Shown one piece after another: positions 39,543 to 50,543 of a stretch of 61,835 bases of DNA; the first letter of the stretch is position 1, and each line of letters starts with the position of its first letter. A model generated the notes under the pieces. That model was given only the letters and a program-made list of their open reading frames with translations, was not told the origin of the DNA and did no database searches. Position numbers and translations under genes: made by a program. The DNA is from a virus (Duplodnaviria; Caudoviricetes), in the IMG/VR virus record IMGVR_UViG_3300044816_000047, positions 1-61,835 of that record. One strand, 5' to 3'.

Positions 39543-39716
39543 ATGGGCCTCATTCACCTTCTCCTCATCGTCCTCGTAATCCTGCTGGTCGTCGGCGCGT
39601 TGCCGTTCGGCGCCAACCCGACCGGGCCGTATTGGGGAACGGGAGCGATCGGCGGCGGGGGCATCGGCCTGGTGCTGATCATCCTGCTCGTGCTGCTGTT
39701 GCTGGGTAGGCTGTAG
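39543..39716 (+). CDS. DUF3309-like small membrane protein
   Basis: ILLVVGALP...WG...GGGIGLVLIILLVLLLLGRL; SD aggag. Confidence 0.8.
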   Translation: MGLIHLLLIVLVILLVVGALPFGANPTGPYWGTGAIGGGGIGLVLIILLVLLLLGRL

Positions 39717-39719
39717 ACT

Positions 39720-40217
39720 ATGCTGACAGCGGAACGCCTGCGCGAAATCCTGTTTTACAATCCAGAAACAGGCGGCTGGCATTGGCTGGTCACGTTGAGC
39801 AACCGGGCCAAGGCCTTCTCCAAAGCCGGATCGCTCCGGAAGCGCGGTGACATCACCATCCGGATCGGCGGTATTGAATACAAAGCGCACCGGCTCGCAT
39901 GGCTTTATATGACCAGCGAGTGGCCGCCTGAGCAGGTTGATCATCGCGATCTTGATCGGTCGCATAATTGGTGGTCTAACCTGCGGCTCGCCAACAACTC
40001 GCAGAACAACGCCAATCGTCCCGGCAAGGTCGGAACACAAACAGGCGTCAAGAACGTCTCCTTCTATCCGCGCAAGTCGAAGGCAAACCCCTATTCGGCC
40101 TACGGCTCAAGAAGTCAAAAGCGGGTTTATTTGGGCTGTTTCCCGACGCTGGTCGACGCTGAGAGGGCCGCTTTCGAGCACGCCAAGAAAGAGTTCGGTG
40201 AGTTCGCTCACCCCTGA
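39720..40217 (+). CDS. Free-standing HNH endonuclease (HNH plus AP2-like)
   Basis: LFYNPETG...AHRLAWLY...VDHRDLDRSHN..SNLRLA..SQNNAN...YLGCF. Confidence 0.9.
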   Translation: MLTAERLREILFYNPETGGWHWLVTLSNRAKAFSKAGSLRKRGDITIRIGGIEYKAHRLAWLYMTSEWPPEQVDHRDLDRSHNWWSNLRLANNSQNNANRPGKVGTQTGVKNVSFYPRKSKANPYSAYGSRSQKRVYLGCFPTLVDAERAAFEHAKKEFGEFAHP

Positions 40218-40218
40218 C

Positions 40219-40848
40219 ATGCGCGCTGCGATCGAGCGCGCTGCCAACGAAGAGGGTGTCGACCCCAGTTTTGCCCTCGCCGTGGCCGAGCGCGAGTCGA
40301 GCTTCAATCCGACCGCGCGCAGCAGCAAGAGTATCCGGGGTTTGTTCCAGATGCGAGGGGATCACCGCGCCAAGTACGGCATCGGTGATTCCAATGACCC
40401 ATATGTGCAGGCCAAGGGATGGTCGCGCTTCATCAAGGATGAACGCGCTTCTGCATCGAGGGCTGCTGGACGCGACATAACCGACCCGGAACTCTATGGG
40501 GCGCATCACTGGGGCGCTGGCCGTGCTGGCCGGATGCTCAACATGGATCCATCGACGCCGGTCTCCTCGGTCTTCACGCCGAACGAGATCGCCCAAAATC
40601 CGCATTTTTCGAAGGCTGGCACCGTCGGCAACCTGCTTTCAAGCGTCACCGGCGACATCGACCGCCGGCGCACCAAGTTCGGCGGCGCGACCGAGCTTCC
40701 AGACTTCAGCGCGTTCGGCCAGCCCGTCGAGGCCGGCCCCGCGCAGCTACCGGACTTCTCCCACATGGGAGCCCCCGTTGAATTCGCGTCCGTGCAGCCG
40801 CCCCCGAGCGCTCCGGACTTCTCCAACTCAGGACGACCCATCATATGA
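40219..40848 (+). CDS. Lytic transglycosylase (SLT) protein
   Basis: GVDP..ALAVAERESSFNP.A......GLFQM; LYGAHHWGAG; C-terminal PDFSxxGxP three times. Confidence 0.85.
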   Translation: MRAAIERAANEEGVDPSFALAVAERESSFNPTARSSKSIRGLFQMRGDHRAKYGIGDSNDPYVQAKGWSRFIKDERASASRAAGRDITDPELYGAHHWGAGRAGRMLNMDPSTPVSSVFTPNEIAQNPHFSKAGTVGNLLSSVTGDIDRRRTKFGGATELPDFSAFGQPVEAGPAQLPDFSHMGAPVEFASVQPPPSAPDFSNSGRPII

Positions 40849-41008
40849 TACCTCACACCGTCGAGGCCTATTCTACCGGGCCCGGCCGCACCTTCTACAA
40901 GATCCGGATCGGCCCCGAAGGGCTGGACGAACTCGGGCTTGTGGTGGTGCAGAAGTACGAGGGTGGCGTTCCCGTCGGCGGGCTGCGGCTGGAGCGCAAG
41001 CAGTGAGC

Positions 41009-41584
41009 ATGCTTGCTCCAGAGCACGCCAAGGCGCTATGGGAAGGCATGTCCGACCCGTCGGCTCGTAAAGTCGCGGCCGCCTTGAAAGCGCAGGGCAT
41101 CAAGGTCTCATGGCGAACCGTCGCGCGATGGAAGCTGGCGGACTGGGTTGGACCCCGCCGGGTTATTGTGAAAGAACCAAAACCGGAAAAAGAAAAGAAA
41201 GATGTGATCCGCGTCGCAATGGCGACACCGCCGGACCCTGAAGAGGTCGCGGCGATCGGATCCGAAATGGATGTGCTGGTCGGCGATATCAAGGGCATGA
41301 GCCTGCCGGAGATTCAAGAGCGCACCAGGATGGCACTCAATACCGTGCTGATGCGGCGCGCCGCAGCGCGCGCTGACATGCTGGTGACGATGCCAAAGGA
41401 CACCGCGGCGTTCATCGAGGCACTGACCCTTGTTTCGGCTAACACGCTGTTGAGCGTCCCGGAGGCTACCGTCCAGCCTCACCTCAACGGCCACGGCAAC
41501 GGCCACATGATCGACGTCACGCCGGCCAACCCGATCACAGCGGCCATCGCCGACTTCAAGCGCCGGACCGGGGTCGCGGCGTGA
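41009..41584 (+). CDS. Terminase small subunit (putative)
   Basis: N-terminal HTH (SARKVAAAL...VSWRTVARW), helical; upstream of terL. Confidence 0.55.
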   Translation: MLAPEHAKALWEGMSDPSARKVAAALKAQGIKVSWRTVARWKLADWVGPRRVIVKEPKPEKEKKDVIRVAMATPPDPEEVAAIGSEMDVLVGDIKGMSLPEIQERTRMALNTVLMRRAAARADMLVTMPKDTAAFIEALTLVSANTLLSVPEATVQPHLNGHGNGHMIDVTPANPITAAIADFKRRTGVAA

Positions 41585-41794
41585 ACTGGTTTTGCCGCCT
41601 TCTGCTCGGTCCGAGGTATCGGTTTATCCGGCTCAGATCGTGGCGTCCGTCCTTGGGGCGGTACGGGATCGAATGGCCGACCATGGTTGTCGATCGGGCC
41701 GGAACCCGGATGACTGTCAGTCCGGTCTGGGATCGCTTTCACCTTCGGGCCATGGGCTATCACATGATCCGCCGGCAGCCGCCGGATCTAGACT

Positions 41795-43576
41795 ATGGCG
41801 ATCGAACTTAAAGGTTCGCGGTATTTAACGAAGGACAATGAACCGCTCGCCGAGTTCATCACTACCCGCCTTCGCTACCTTGATTTCGTTGAGACGCTGG
41901 ACTTCTACGCGAGCATCGAGCCTGCCCTCGACGACAAGGGGCGGGCGCTGCTCAATGTGAATGACCGCTTCTACCTTCTGACCGTCACGCTGCACCGGCA
42001 GGATGCTTGGCATCCTTGGTTGTTCGAGCGCTGCCGGGAGGTCGAGGCGGCGCCGGACGACTATCTCGATCTGTGGGCGCGTGGCCACTACAAAAGTTCC
42101 ATCGGCACATTCGCCGGCATCATCCAGGAAGTGCTGATCGATCCCGAGATCACGATCGCTATCCTGTCGGGCACCAACAAGGTCGCGCTGCCGTTTCTGG
42201 CGCAGATCCAGCAAGAATTCGAGAACAACGACGACCTGAAGCGGATCCACGCTGACGTGCTGTGGCAGGAGCCGCGCAAGGAGGCCCCGCTTTGGGCGCG
42301 CGACAAGGGCATCACGGTCAAGCGCCACGGCAACCCGAAGGAAGCCACCATCGAGGCGTTCGGCGTCATCGACGGCATGCGGACCGGCAAGCATTACGAT
42401 CTGCTCGACTTCGACGACCTGATCGACGAGTCGATGGTCGACAACCCCGATATCGTCAAGAAGGTGACGCAGCGGTGGGAGTTGGCCGGCAATCTTGGGC
42501 GCCACACCAAGAAGACGCGGAAGTGGCACTGGGGCACGCGCTATTCGTATGCTGACACCTATGGCGTGATCCTCGATCGGGCCATCTTGCAGGAGCGCCG
42601 CTATCCGGCGACCGAAGACGGCACGTTGAAAGGCGTTCCGGTTCTGATGCGGCCGGAAGAGTGGGAGAAGGTCAAGCTGGCGCAGCGGTCGACCGTCGCA
42701 GCCCAGATGCTCCTTAACCCGCTCGCCGGCAACGAGAGCACGTTCACGACGCTGACGTTCAAGCATTACGACGTCATCCCGGCGATCATGAACGTCTACA
42801 TCATGATCGACCCATCGAAGGGCAAGTCGAAGCGCTCCGATCGCACCGGCATTGCGGTGATCGGGGTCGACGTCGGCGGCAACAAGTATCTGCTCGATGG
42901 CTACTGCCACCGCATGAACCTGTCGCGCCGATGGGAACTGATCAAGCTGTTGAAGAAGAAATGGTCTGACCACACCGGCGTCGCGCTGGTTCGTGTCGGC
43001 TATGAGCAATACGGCATGCAGGTCGACCTTGAAGTGCTCAAGGAGACCATGGACCGCGAAAAGAATCACTTCGAGATCGAGGAACTGAATACCACGCGGG
43101 ACGGCACGCACTCCAAGAACGATCGCATCTCGCGATTGGAGCCGGACTTCAACCGCGGTGCCTTCTACTTGCCGGCCGTGATTTACCATCCGGAGTACGG
43201 CGGTGGCCTAGCCAACCAAGCCCTGTGGGATGTTTGGACGGAAGAAGATGTCAAGCGGATGGAAGCCGGAAGCCAAAAGGACATCCCGGCCGTCGGCACC
43301 ATCGTCTATCGGCCCATGCAGGGCCCGACCAAGCAGCAGCGTTACTGCCAGGCCACGATGCAGACCTTCCGTATTGTCACCGCACTCAAGCGGATCAATG
43401 AGGACGGCGATATGTACGATCTCACGCGCGCCTTCATCGAGGAGGCCCGCCTTCACCCCTTCGCGCCGCACGACGATCTGATCGATGCGGTTTCGCGCGT
43501 TTACGATATGGAGCCAAAGATACCGATGCCGTTCGAATCCGTCCGCGCCGATCCCCAAACCTACGCGGATTCATAG
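41795..43576 (+). CDS. terL: Terminase large subunit
   Basis: WARGHYKS (Walker A variant), LLDFDDL (Walker B), GTRY, IMIDPS..SDRT, HDDLIDA nuclease motifs. Confidence 0.92.
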   Translation: MAIELKGSRYLTKDNEPLAEFITTRLRYLDFVETLDFYASIEPALDDKGRALLNVNDRFYLLTVTLHRQDAWHPWLFERCREVEAAPDDYLDLWARGHYKSSIGTFAGIIQEVLIDPEITIAILSGTNKVALPFLAQIQQEFENNDDLKRIHADVLWQEPRKEAPLWARDKGITVKRHGNPKEATIEAFGVIDGMRTGKHYDLLDFDDLIDESMVDNPDIVKKVTQRWELAGNLGRHTKKTRKWHWGTRYSYADTYGVILDRAILQERRYPATEDGTLKGVPVLMRPEEWEKVKLAQRSTVAAQMLLNPLAGNESTFTTLTFKHYDVIPAIMNVYIMIDPSKGKSKRSDRTGIAVIGVDVGGNKYLLDGYCHRMNLSRRWELIKLLKKKWSDHTGVALVRVGYEQYGMQVDLEVLKETMDREKNHFEIEELNTTRDGTHSKNDRISRLEPDFNRGAFYLPAVIYHPEYGGGLANQALWDVWTEEDVKRMEAGSQKDIPAVGTIVYRPMQGPTKQQRYCQATMQTFRIVTALKRINEDGDMYDLTRAFIEEARLHPFAPHDDLIDAVSRVYDMEPKIPMPFESVRADPQTYADS

Positions 43577-44460
43577 TGCTATCTAGAAACGCGAGGTCGG
43601 TCGCGCAGAGCGGGCAGACTTTCTATGGCGTCTTCAACAAAGCCCACTTCGCAGATGGGCTTTTGCATCCGCACACGTCCAACGACGGCTTAGAGTGGGA
43701 GCCGGTTAGCGGCTACGTGCCATATACGCCAGTCGGGCCCATGATGGGCTGCCCGACGCTGCTAAAGCACAACGGCGTCACTTACGTCGCCGGCTCGCGT
43801 GGTGTCGATTTCAGTTGGAGCGGAACGAGCATAGAGATTGCGTCCACCACGGACGGCAAAAATATTTCGTTCGTCTCGACGCTGGATTTCCCGAGCATTG
43901 TCTCAGGAGGCAGTCAGCCACAGGTCTGGACGGAAAGCTTCTTCAAGGATTCGAACGGAGACGTTTATCTAGGACTGCTCGCATGTCCTAACGGGGTCAC
44001 GCCGCCCTACACAACCTATCTGGTGAAATTGACCAGTGACTTGACGGCTACGGCCGGAAGCCCCGTGGCGATTACGGGCTCTGGACTGCCGAGCGGCTTT
44101 TTCAACGTGGTGTTCGCCAAGATCGGCTCCACCTACGTGATGTTCTACAAAAACGAGAACGGCGGCAGCTACCCGAAATATCTGGAAGTTGCAACGAGTT
44201 CATCGCTGTTGTCCGGTTACACGCCTCTGCACACCGGGGACTGGGCGGGGTGGGGCTCGCCGGTAGAGGCGCCGGTGTTGCGCCAAATCGGAAACGAATG
44301 GTGGATGTGGATCGATTACGAAGGCGCGGCCTACAAACTCACCAAGAACGTTTCAGGCGATCCGACCAACACTTCATGGTCCGCTCCCGCCACCTGTAGC
44401 GCCACGTTCGGCACGCAGCAGCACGGATCGACTGTCCTCAATCCGTTTGGGCCGCTCTAA
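43576..44460 (+). CDS. Beta-propeller glycoside-hydrolase-like protein (GH43/GH32 clan-like)
   Basis: SNDGLEW, CPTLLKHNGVTY, VWTESF, YVMFYKNE, VEAP, QHGS motifs. Confidence 0.55.
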   Translation: MLSRNARSVAQSGQTFYGVFNKAHFADGLLHPHTSNDGLEWEPVSGYVPYTPVGPMMGCPTLLKHNGVTYVAGSRGVDFSWSGTSIEIASTTDGKNISFVSTLDFPSIVSGGSQPQVWTESFFKDSNGDVYLGLLACPNGVTPPYTTYLVKLTSDLTATAGSPVAITGSGLPSGFFNVVFAKIGSTYVMFYKNENGGSYPKYLEVATSSSLLSGYTPLHTGDWAGWGSPVEAPVLRQIGNEWWMWIDYEGAAYKLTKNVSGDPTNTSWSAPATCSATFGTQQHGSTVLNPFGPL

Positions 44461-46228
44461 TGGCGATAGCATTTAACGCCGGAACGGACGGTGGTGCCAC
44501 CGCTACGACTTCGAGCGTGACGTTTTCGCATACGTGCGGATCGGGCAGTAATCGGATGCTGTGGCTTTCCCTAGCGGGCAATGCGGCCTCCGATATTATC
44601 ACAGGCGCTACCTATGGCGGTGTTGCAACGACGCTGGTTGGGAAGCAGTTGCCCGATCCGTCCGGGTCGCGTTGGCAATATCTTTTTGGTCTGATTGCAC
44701 CCGCGACTGGCGCAAATAACGTCGTTATCTCGGCGTCTGGAACGTGCGACTTCATCATCGCAGTCTCCGCTGATTACTCAGGCGTCTATCAAAGTTTGCA
44801 GCCGGATGCTTCGGCCGTCAACCAATTGGCGGCGGGGAGCACCTCTCTAACGTCGTCAGTCACAACGGTTGCCGACAATGATTGGGTGGTGCTCGGTCAT
44901 CAGGGCTACTTCTCAAATCAGGCACCATCAGCAGGGACGGGCGCAACGCGCCGTATTTACGACGCTACCTTTGGCGCTGTTGCGATATTTGACAGCGGTG
45001 GTGTCGTTCATCCCGCCGGCTCGTACAGCATGACGACTTCGTATGCGGGCACGGCTAGTCCCTTTGGTCATCTCTTGGCTGCGATGAAACCAGATACCTA
45101 TACGCCGCCGGGCGGTTTTATCCCTGCATGGGCGAGGAACTCTAATCTTCCAGTCATTGGAACGGGCACTATCTGATGTATCGAAAAAACACTTCTGGGC
45201 AATTTATCTGCGTCCAGTTGCTTTTGACAGCAACGGGCGCGGTTGCCACGGGACTTTCACCGGCAGCACGACGCTGTATTGACGGAACGTTCGCGGCCGG
45301 TGGCGGCTCGTTCACGGAAGATGGTTCGACCGGATCTTACAAATATGCCTTGGCCCAGGCCGACACCAACGGCAACGACATCTCGATTATCGTGACCGCA
45401 ACGGGCGCGATGCCGGTTTGCGTGAACTTCGTCACCACGGCGGCCGATCCAACTGATGGCGTCAGGCTTGGCCTTACGGCGCTCCCGAACGCCGCAGCAA
45501 GCGCGGTTGGCGGCCTCCCGGTTGCGGTCGATACCAGCGGGCGCGTTGACGTGCTCAAGATCAACGGCACGTCGCAGACAGCGCGCGACCTCGGCGCCAG
45601 CGTCATTACGGCATCGGGCACGGTGACGACCGTTACCAATCAGTTGACAGCGGCGCAGATTGCCACGGGCGTATGGCAGGACACGACGGCCGGCGACTTC
45701 ACGACAGCCCTTAGCGTTGGCAAGTCGATCATGAACGGCGTTTCGCTGGGCACTGGTCTTACCGTGAACGATATTACGACCAAGACCGGCTACTCGCTTT
45801 CGGGCACCCAGACATTCAACGTCACCGGCAACATCACGGGCAACCTCTCGGGGACGGTTGGCAGCGTCACCGGCGCGGTGGGCAGTGTGACGGGTGCGGT
45901 GGGTTCGGTAACTGGTGCAGTCGGCAGCGTCACTGCGGCGGTTGCGATCACATCGAACGTTAAGAAAAATCAGGCGCTTGCAGGCTACGCCTTCCTGATG
46001 ACGGACAGCACCACGCACGCGCCAAAGACTGGCCTCACGGTTGCAGTTTCGATCTCGAAGGACAAGGGCGCATTCGCTACCGCCACCAACAGCCCGGCGA
46101 CTGAAACCGCCAACGGCTGGTACTGGGTCGATTTTACCCAGACCGAAATGAACGCCAACAACATTGCGATTCGCTTTACAGCGACCGGCGCGGATGATGG
46201 TGGCGACGATCTGATCACGCAGCCGTAA
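44460..46228 (+). CDS. Two fibre/appendage-like beta-rich proteins (44460-45176; 45176-46228 with four GSVTGAV-type repeats)
   Basis: T/G/S/A-rich; single-base coupled junctions; internal N/C domain duplication in 45176-46228. Confidence 0.6.
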
Positions 46229-46229
46229 T

Positions 46230-46775
46230 GTGGTCTTGCGTATGAGGAGATCCGGGCAAAATCCCGTAATCAACAGGCTACGGTACGGGTTCGAGGTACA
46301 CGGTAATCTAGGCGCTCAACTCGTCGCGTCTCAAACGCTCGCCACGGTAACGCAGGCAGCGACGCTTACTGATCCGGTCGCGCTGGTATCGAGCGTCACA
46401 CTCGCCACTGTCTCGCAGACCGCAACGCTGATCGAGAAGGCGGCGGTCACATCCTCGGTGACGCTGGCCACAGTCTCGCAAACCGCCGCGTTCCTTAACG
46501 GGGGCGTTGTCCATCTGATGCAGTCGAGCACGCAGACGGACGGGGTTTCGCAAACGACCACGTTTACGGCGCCGCGGGTTATCCGGCCGCGCTATCTGCC
46601 GCCGACCAAGGTCAAGACGCTTCAGATCCCGTGGAAGGTCATGGTTCTGCGCGCTGATCCGGGCTTCGAGGCCGGGAAGCGCAAGGAGCCGTTTTACGAG
46701 TTCTCGAACGGCAGGACGTTCAACGAAGACACCGCACATCAGGGTCCGTATTCCACGGACCCTAACGTCAGCTAA
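46230..46775 (+). CDS. Repeat protein (TLATVSQ units) with a distinct C-terminal domain
   Basis: Repeats shared with 51894-52778. Confidence 0.6.
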   Translation: MVLRMRRSGQNPVINRLRYGFEVHGNLGAQLVASQTLATVTQAATLTDPVALVSSVTLATVSQTATLIEKAAVTSSVTLATVSQTAAFLNGGVVHLMQSSTQTDGVSQTTTFTAPRVIRPRYLPPTKVKTLQIPWKVMVLRADPGFEAGKRKEPFYEFSNGRTFNEDTAHQGPYSTDPNVS

Positions 46776-46795
46776 CATCAGAAAGCACCACCACC

Positions 46796-47832
46796 ATGGC
46801 GCAGACGACGCTTTCGGGCCCTCTCAACAACGCAGTGCCGTTCAATACCGGCGATGGCGGAGAAAACGGCCAGCATCCCAAAGAGATTATCGATGCTCTA
46901 AATACGATGCTGACCGAGCTATATGCGAGCGACACCGCAGCAGCACTGGCGTTGACGACCCAATCCGCCATCAAATTTGTTAATGTTACGATCACTACGG
47001 CGCAGTTGAAGGCATTGAACGCCACGCCGCAGACAATTCTGGCGGCGCCCGGCGCCAATCTGGCCAATGTCATCGATAGCATCGTCGCCTACAAGGCCGC
47101 CGGCACTGCCTATGCGGGCATTGCCGGCGGCGAGGACCTGTCCGTCAAATACACGGACGCATCTGGCCTTGAAGTGCTGGAGATCGAAACCACCGGGTTC
47201 CTCGATCAGACCACGGCGCAGACGCGCTACGCCTCATCCTTTGCCGCGGCGTCGGGCATTTCTTCGATCACGCCGGTTGCGAATGCAGCGATGGTCATGA
47301 TGCTGCTCTCCGGTGAAATCACCACCGGCGACAGCGATCTGAAACTTCGTGTGTACTACCGCACGGTTCCGACCACGCTATGACCACCGACATCTCCGAC
47401 AAGCCGACCACGACGGACGTCAATGTTCTCGATGCGCCGTCCGGATCGAGCGACATGGTGGTGGTGTCTCAATACACGCCGCGGCTCGATGGGCTGTTCG
47501 ATAATTTCAAAGAAGCCGATATGGCGTGTGCGCATTGGCTGGCTGCGATCTTGACAAAAGAATTCTTCGGCTACGAGTGGAAGACCGAGGCAGATCTGTA
47601 TCAGGGCGTGGTGGCGTTTAGCATCCCCGAACTCATGGGTGCCACCATGAAATGCGCGATCAACCTGCGCCGGACCGTTCTGAGCGAGAAACTGGTTCGT
47701 GACCTTGCCGGGGAATTGCTCGAACGCATGGGCCTGCCGCGTGGTCAGGTTGAGATGGCCATGGCCGTCGCCGCTCGCAAACGGCTGCACACCTTTGACT
47801 TTGCCGATGTCGGCAAGAAACGGCCCGCATAG
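46796..47832 (+). CDS. Two hypothetical virion-region proteins (46796-47383; 47380-47832)
   Basis: Coupled ORFs immediately before the portal. Confidence 0.65.
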
Positions 47833-50309
47833 TGCCCAATTTGCGAACGCAACCGTCCGGCGAGGATGGTGTAACCAATCCGCGCGCCGCGTCTGGCGAG
47901 ATCGACGAACTCGAAAATGCCGCTCAGACAGCCACGGAAGGCGACACTGACGCCGACGGTGATGATGAGTTCAACGAGAAGCCGAGCAATGACGAATTCC
48001 TGCAAATGGTGCGGGAAGCCGACCAGCAGGGCCTCTATTACTCCAATCAGGTAAATCGCCGCTCGTGGGAGCGCGTCTATCGCGCATACCACCAGGAGCA
48101 TTTTACCGGGTCGAAATACACGAGCGACGACTACAAGAACCGCTCAAAGCTGTTCATCCCGAAGACCCGCGCGGCAATCGAGAAGGATTTGGCCGCGGTC
48201 GCGGCCTCCCTGTTTGGATCGCTGGATGCCGTCAGTTGCATGCCCGGCAACGAGGGCGACGCGAAGCAGCGCGCATCGGCCTCGGTCCTTCAGGAGCTCG
48301 TGAACTACCGCACCGACGGGTCGCGCGGTAGTCGCGCGGCGATTCCGTGGTTTCACGTCGCGATGGGCGCCCGGCAGACCTCGAAGCTGACCGGCGTGTG
48401 CCTGTCGAAGCAGTCATGGAAACTGGAGCTCAAGCGCGAAGGTTCCGAAACCTTCACCGACGAGGAGGACGGCGAGGAAAAAGAGCGCGACGTTTGGAAG
48501 CCTTGGATCGATCGGCCCGACGTTCAACTGATCCCGCCGGAGAACTACGTCATCGATCCGGCGGCTGACTGGACCAATCCGGCGCAGGATGCGGCGTATA
48601 TCCTGATCAAATGGCCGATGCGGATCGACGAAATCCGCAGGAAGCAGAAGGATCCGCGCAATCCCTGGAAGGCGGTCGACGAGAATATTCTGAAATCGGC
48701 CGGCGAGGGCGCGCGGATGGAAGCCGCGGCGATCCGCCGGGCCCGCGAACAGGGGCTCGACCGCTACGACGAGAGCCAGACCGGGCCAAACTTCGACATC
48801 ATCTGGGTGTGGGAGACGTATCTGAGGACCGCCGGCGAGGACTGGACCTTCATCTCTGTCGGCGACAAGCACATGCTGACGGACCCGAAGCCGGTCTCCG
48901 AGGTGTATCCGGAACAGTTCGGCGAGCGTCCTCTGGCAATGGGCTATGGCGCCTTCGAGGCGTTCCGCATCTTCCCTATGTCGTCGGCCGAAAGCTGGCA
49001 GATGCTCCAGCAGGAGACCAACGATCTCCGTAACTTATCGCTGGATGCCATCAAGCAGAACGTCATGCCGGTCAGCAAGGTGGTCCGCGGCAAGAACGTC
49101 GACCTCGACCAGTTGAAGCGGCGCGGTCAGGGCACATCGATCATGGTGTCCGACAAGGACGACGTGACATGGGAGAAGGTCCCTGACATCTCCGGTAGCG
49201 TCATGCAGATGGCGCAGTCGATGAACGTCGAGTTCGACGACATCGCAGGCCAGCAGAATTACGGCACGGTGCAGGACAACAATCAGCTCGGCAAGACGCT
49301 GGGCGGGCTGAAACTGGCCGCCGGCGCCGCCAATGCGGTCCAAGAGTTCAATATCCGCATCTGGATCGAGACCTGGTGCGAGCGGGTTCTGTCGCAAATC
49401 GTCCGCCTTGAGCAGTATTACGAGTCCGATCCGATCGTCCTTGGCATTGCCGGCGACCGCGCGCAACTGCTCACCAAGTACGGCGTCGACGAAATCGACA
49501 ACGAGTTGTTGGAAAACACGGTCACGATCCGGGTGAACATCGGCCTCGGCGCCGGCGATCCGCAGCAGCGGTTGGCCAAGTTTCAAAGCGCGACGCAAAT
49601 CTTCCTTCCGCTCGCACAAGCGTCGAAGGAATTCCAGAGCGGTGAAAAGTCGATTGATATCGAAGCGATCATGCAGGAAATTTACGGCGGCGCGGGATAT
49701 CGCGACGGCGGCAAGCGCTTCATCAAGACTGGTCCGCCCGCCCCGAACCCGATGCAGCAACCGCAGTTGGATAAACTGATCTCGGAGACCGACAAGAACA
49801 AGGCGCTCGCCAAGAAGGCGATCATCGACGCCATGTCCGGCGCCGCAAAGGTCGGACTGTCGCTCGAAGCGCTCAAGGCGGAAACCGCCGACAACGAGTT
49901 CTGGCAGCATCTCGAACATCTCGACCAAGCTGGACGCGCGCTCGATTTGGGCCACAAGCACGGCCTGGCGATCTCCGCCCCCAAGGCTTTGCCCGGCGCT
50001 GGTGCGGTCCCTCCGGGCCCTGCTCCGGGCGAGGGAGCCGCCCCGCCGTCTGCGCCGAACAACGCTGGCGGCGGGGACGGTCTCATTGCTCCAAACAATG
50101 TCGGAGCAGGGAATGCAGGCGTCTCGCCGGCGGACCTCGGCAGACACGGAATCCCGGCGGCCGACGCCGGCCAGCAGCATTTGCAGGATCAAGCGGCCGA
50201 ACAGCACGCGATCCAGCAGTCTTTGAAGAAGCCGACCAAACGCAAAATCACCATCGCAAAGCGCGGGCCCGACGGTCGCGCCAGCGAATTCCACGTCACA
50301 GAGGAATAG
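47832..50309 (+). CDS. Portal protein
   Basis: 825 aa; RSKLFIPKTR, PENYVIDP, LQQETNDLRN, TLGG motifs of P22/N4-like portals. Confidence 0.85.
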   Translation: MPNLRTQPSGEDGVTNPRAASGEIDELENAAQTATEGDTDADGDDEFNEKPSNDEFLQMVREADQQGLYYSNQVNRRSWERVYRAYHQEHFTGSKYTSDDYKNRSKLFIPKTRAAIEKDLAAVAASLFGSLDAVSCMPGNEGDAKQRASASVLQELVNYRTDGSRGSRAAIPWFHVAMGARQTSKLTGVCLSKQSWKLELKREGSETFTDEEDGEEKERDVWKPWIDRPDVQLIPPENYVIDPAADWTNPAQDAAYILIKWPMRIDEIRRKQKDPRNPWKAVDENILKSAGEGARMEAAAIRRAREQGLDRYDESQTGPNFDIIWVWETYLRTAGEDWTFISVGDKHMLTDPKPVSEVYPEQFGERPLAMGYGAFEAFRIFPMSSAESWQMLQQETNDLRNLSLDAIKQNVMPVSKVVRGKNVDLDQLKRRGQGTSIMVSDKDDVTWEKVPDISGSVMQMAQSMNVEFDDIAGQQNYGTVQDNNQLGKTLGGLKLAAGAANAVQEFNIRIWIETWCERVLSQIVRLEQYYESDPIVLGIAGDRAQLLTKYGVDEIDNELLENTVTIRVNIGLGAGDPQQRLAKFQSATQIFLPLAQASKEFQSGEKSIDIEAIMQEIYGGAGYRDGGKRFIKTGPPAPNPMQQPQLDKLISETDKNKALAKKAIIDAMSGAAKVGLSLEALKAETADNEFWQHLEHLDQAGRALDLGHKHGLAISAPKALPGAGAVPPGPAPGEGAAPPSAPNNAGGGDGLIAPNNVGAGNAGVSPADLGRHGIPAADAGQQHLQDQAAEQHAIQQSLKKPTKRKITIAKRGPDGRASEFHVTEE

Positions 50310-50543
50310 GACATGACGGACATTCTCCCGACCTACCAGATGCCGGCAATCGAGATGTCGCGCGCGGAGTTCAAAAAGCTGCCGAAGCGCGACTGGATCA
50401 GCGGCAAGCATGATCCCGATCAGCTTTACCGGACACTCAACGGGTATCCGAACGACGTTTTCAAGTGGGTTCCTATCGAGTCACCGGATGCCGCCGGCGA
50501 ATGGCATCGCGCCCCCGTCACCTTCAAATAAGGAAGCAAATCT

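Noticed and set aside
45860-45943. 21-bp tandem repeat as a CRISPR array or DGR repeat
   Set aside because: No spacers; copies differ mainly at synonymous positions and encode GSVTGAV; no cas or reverse transcriptase gene is seen in the window.
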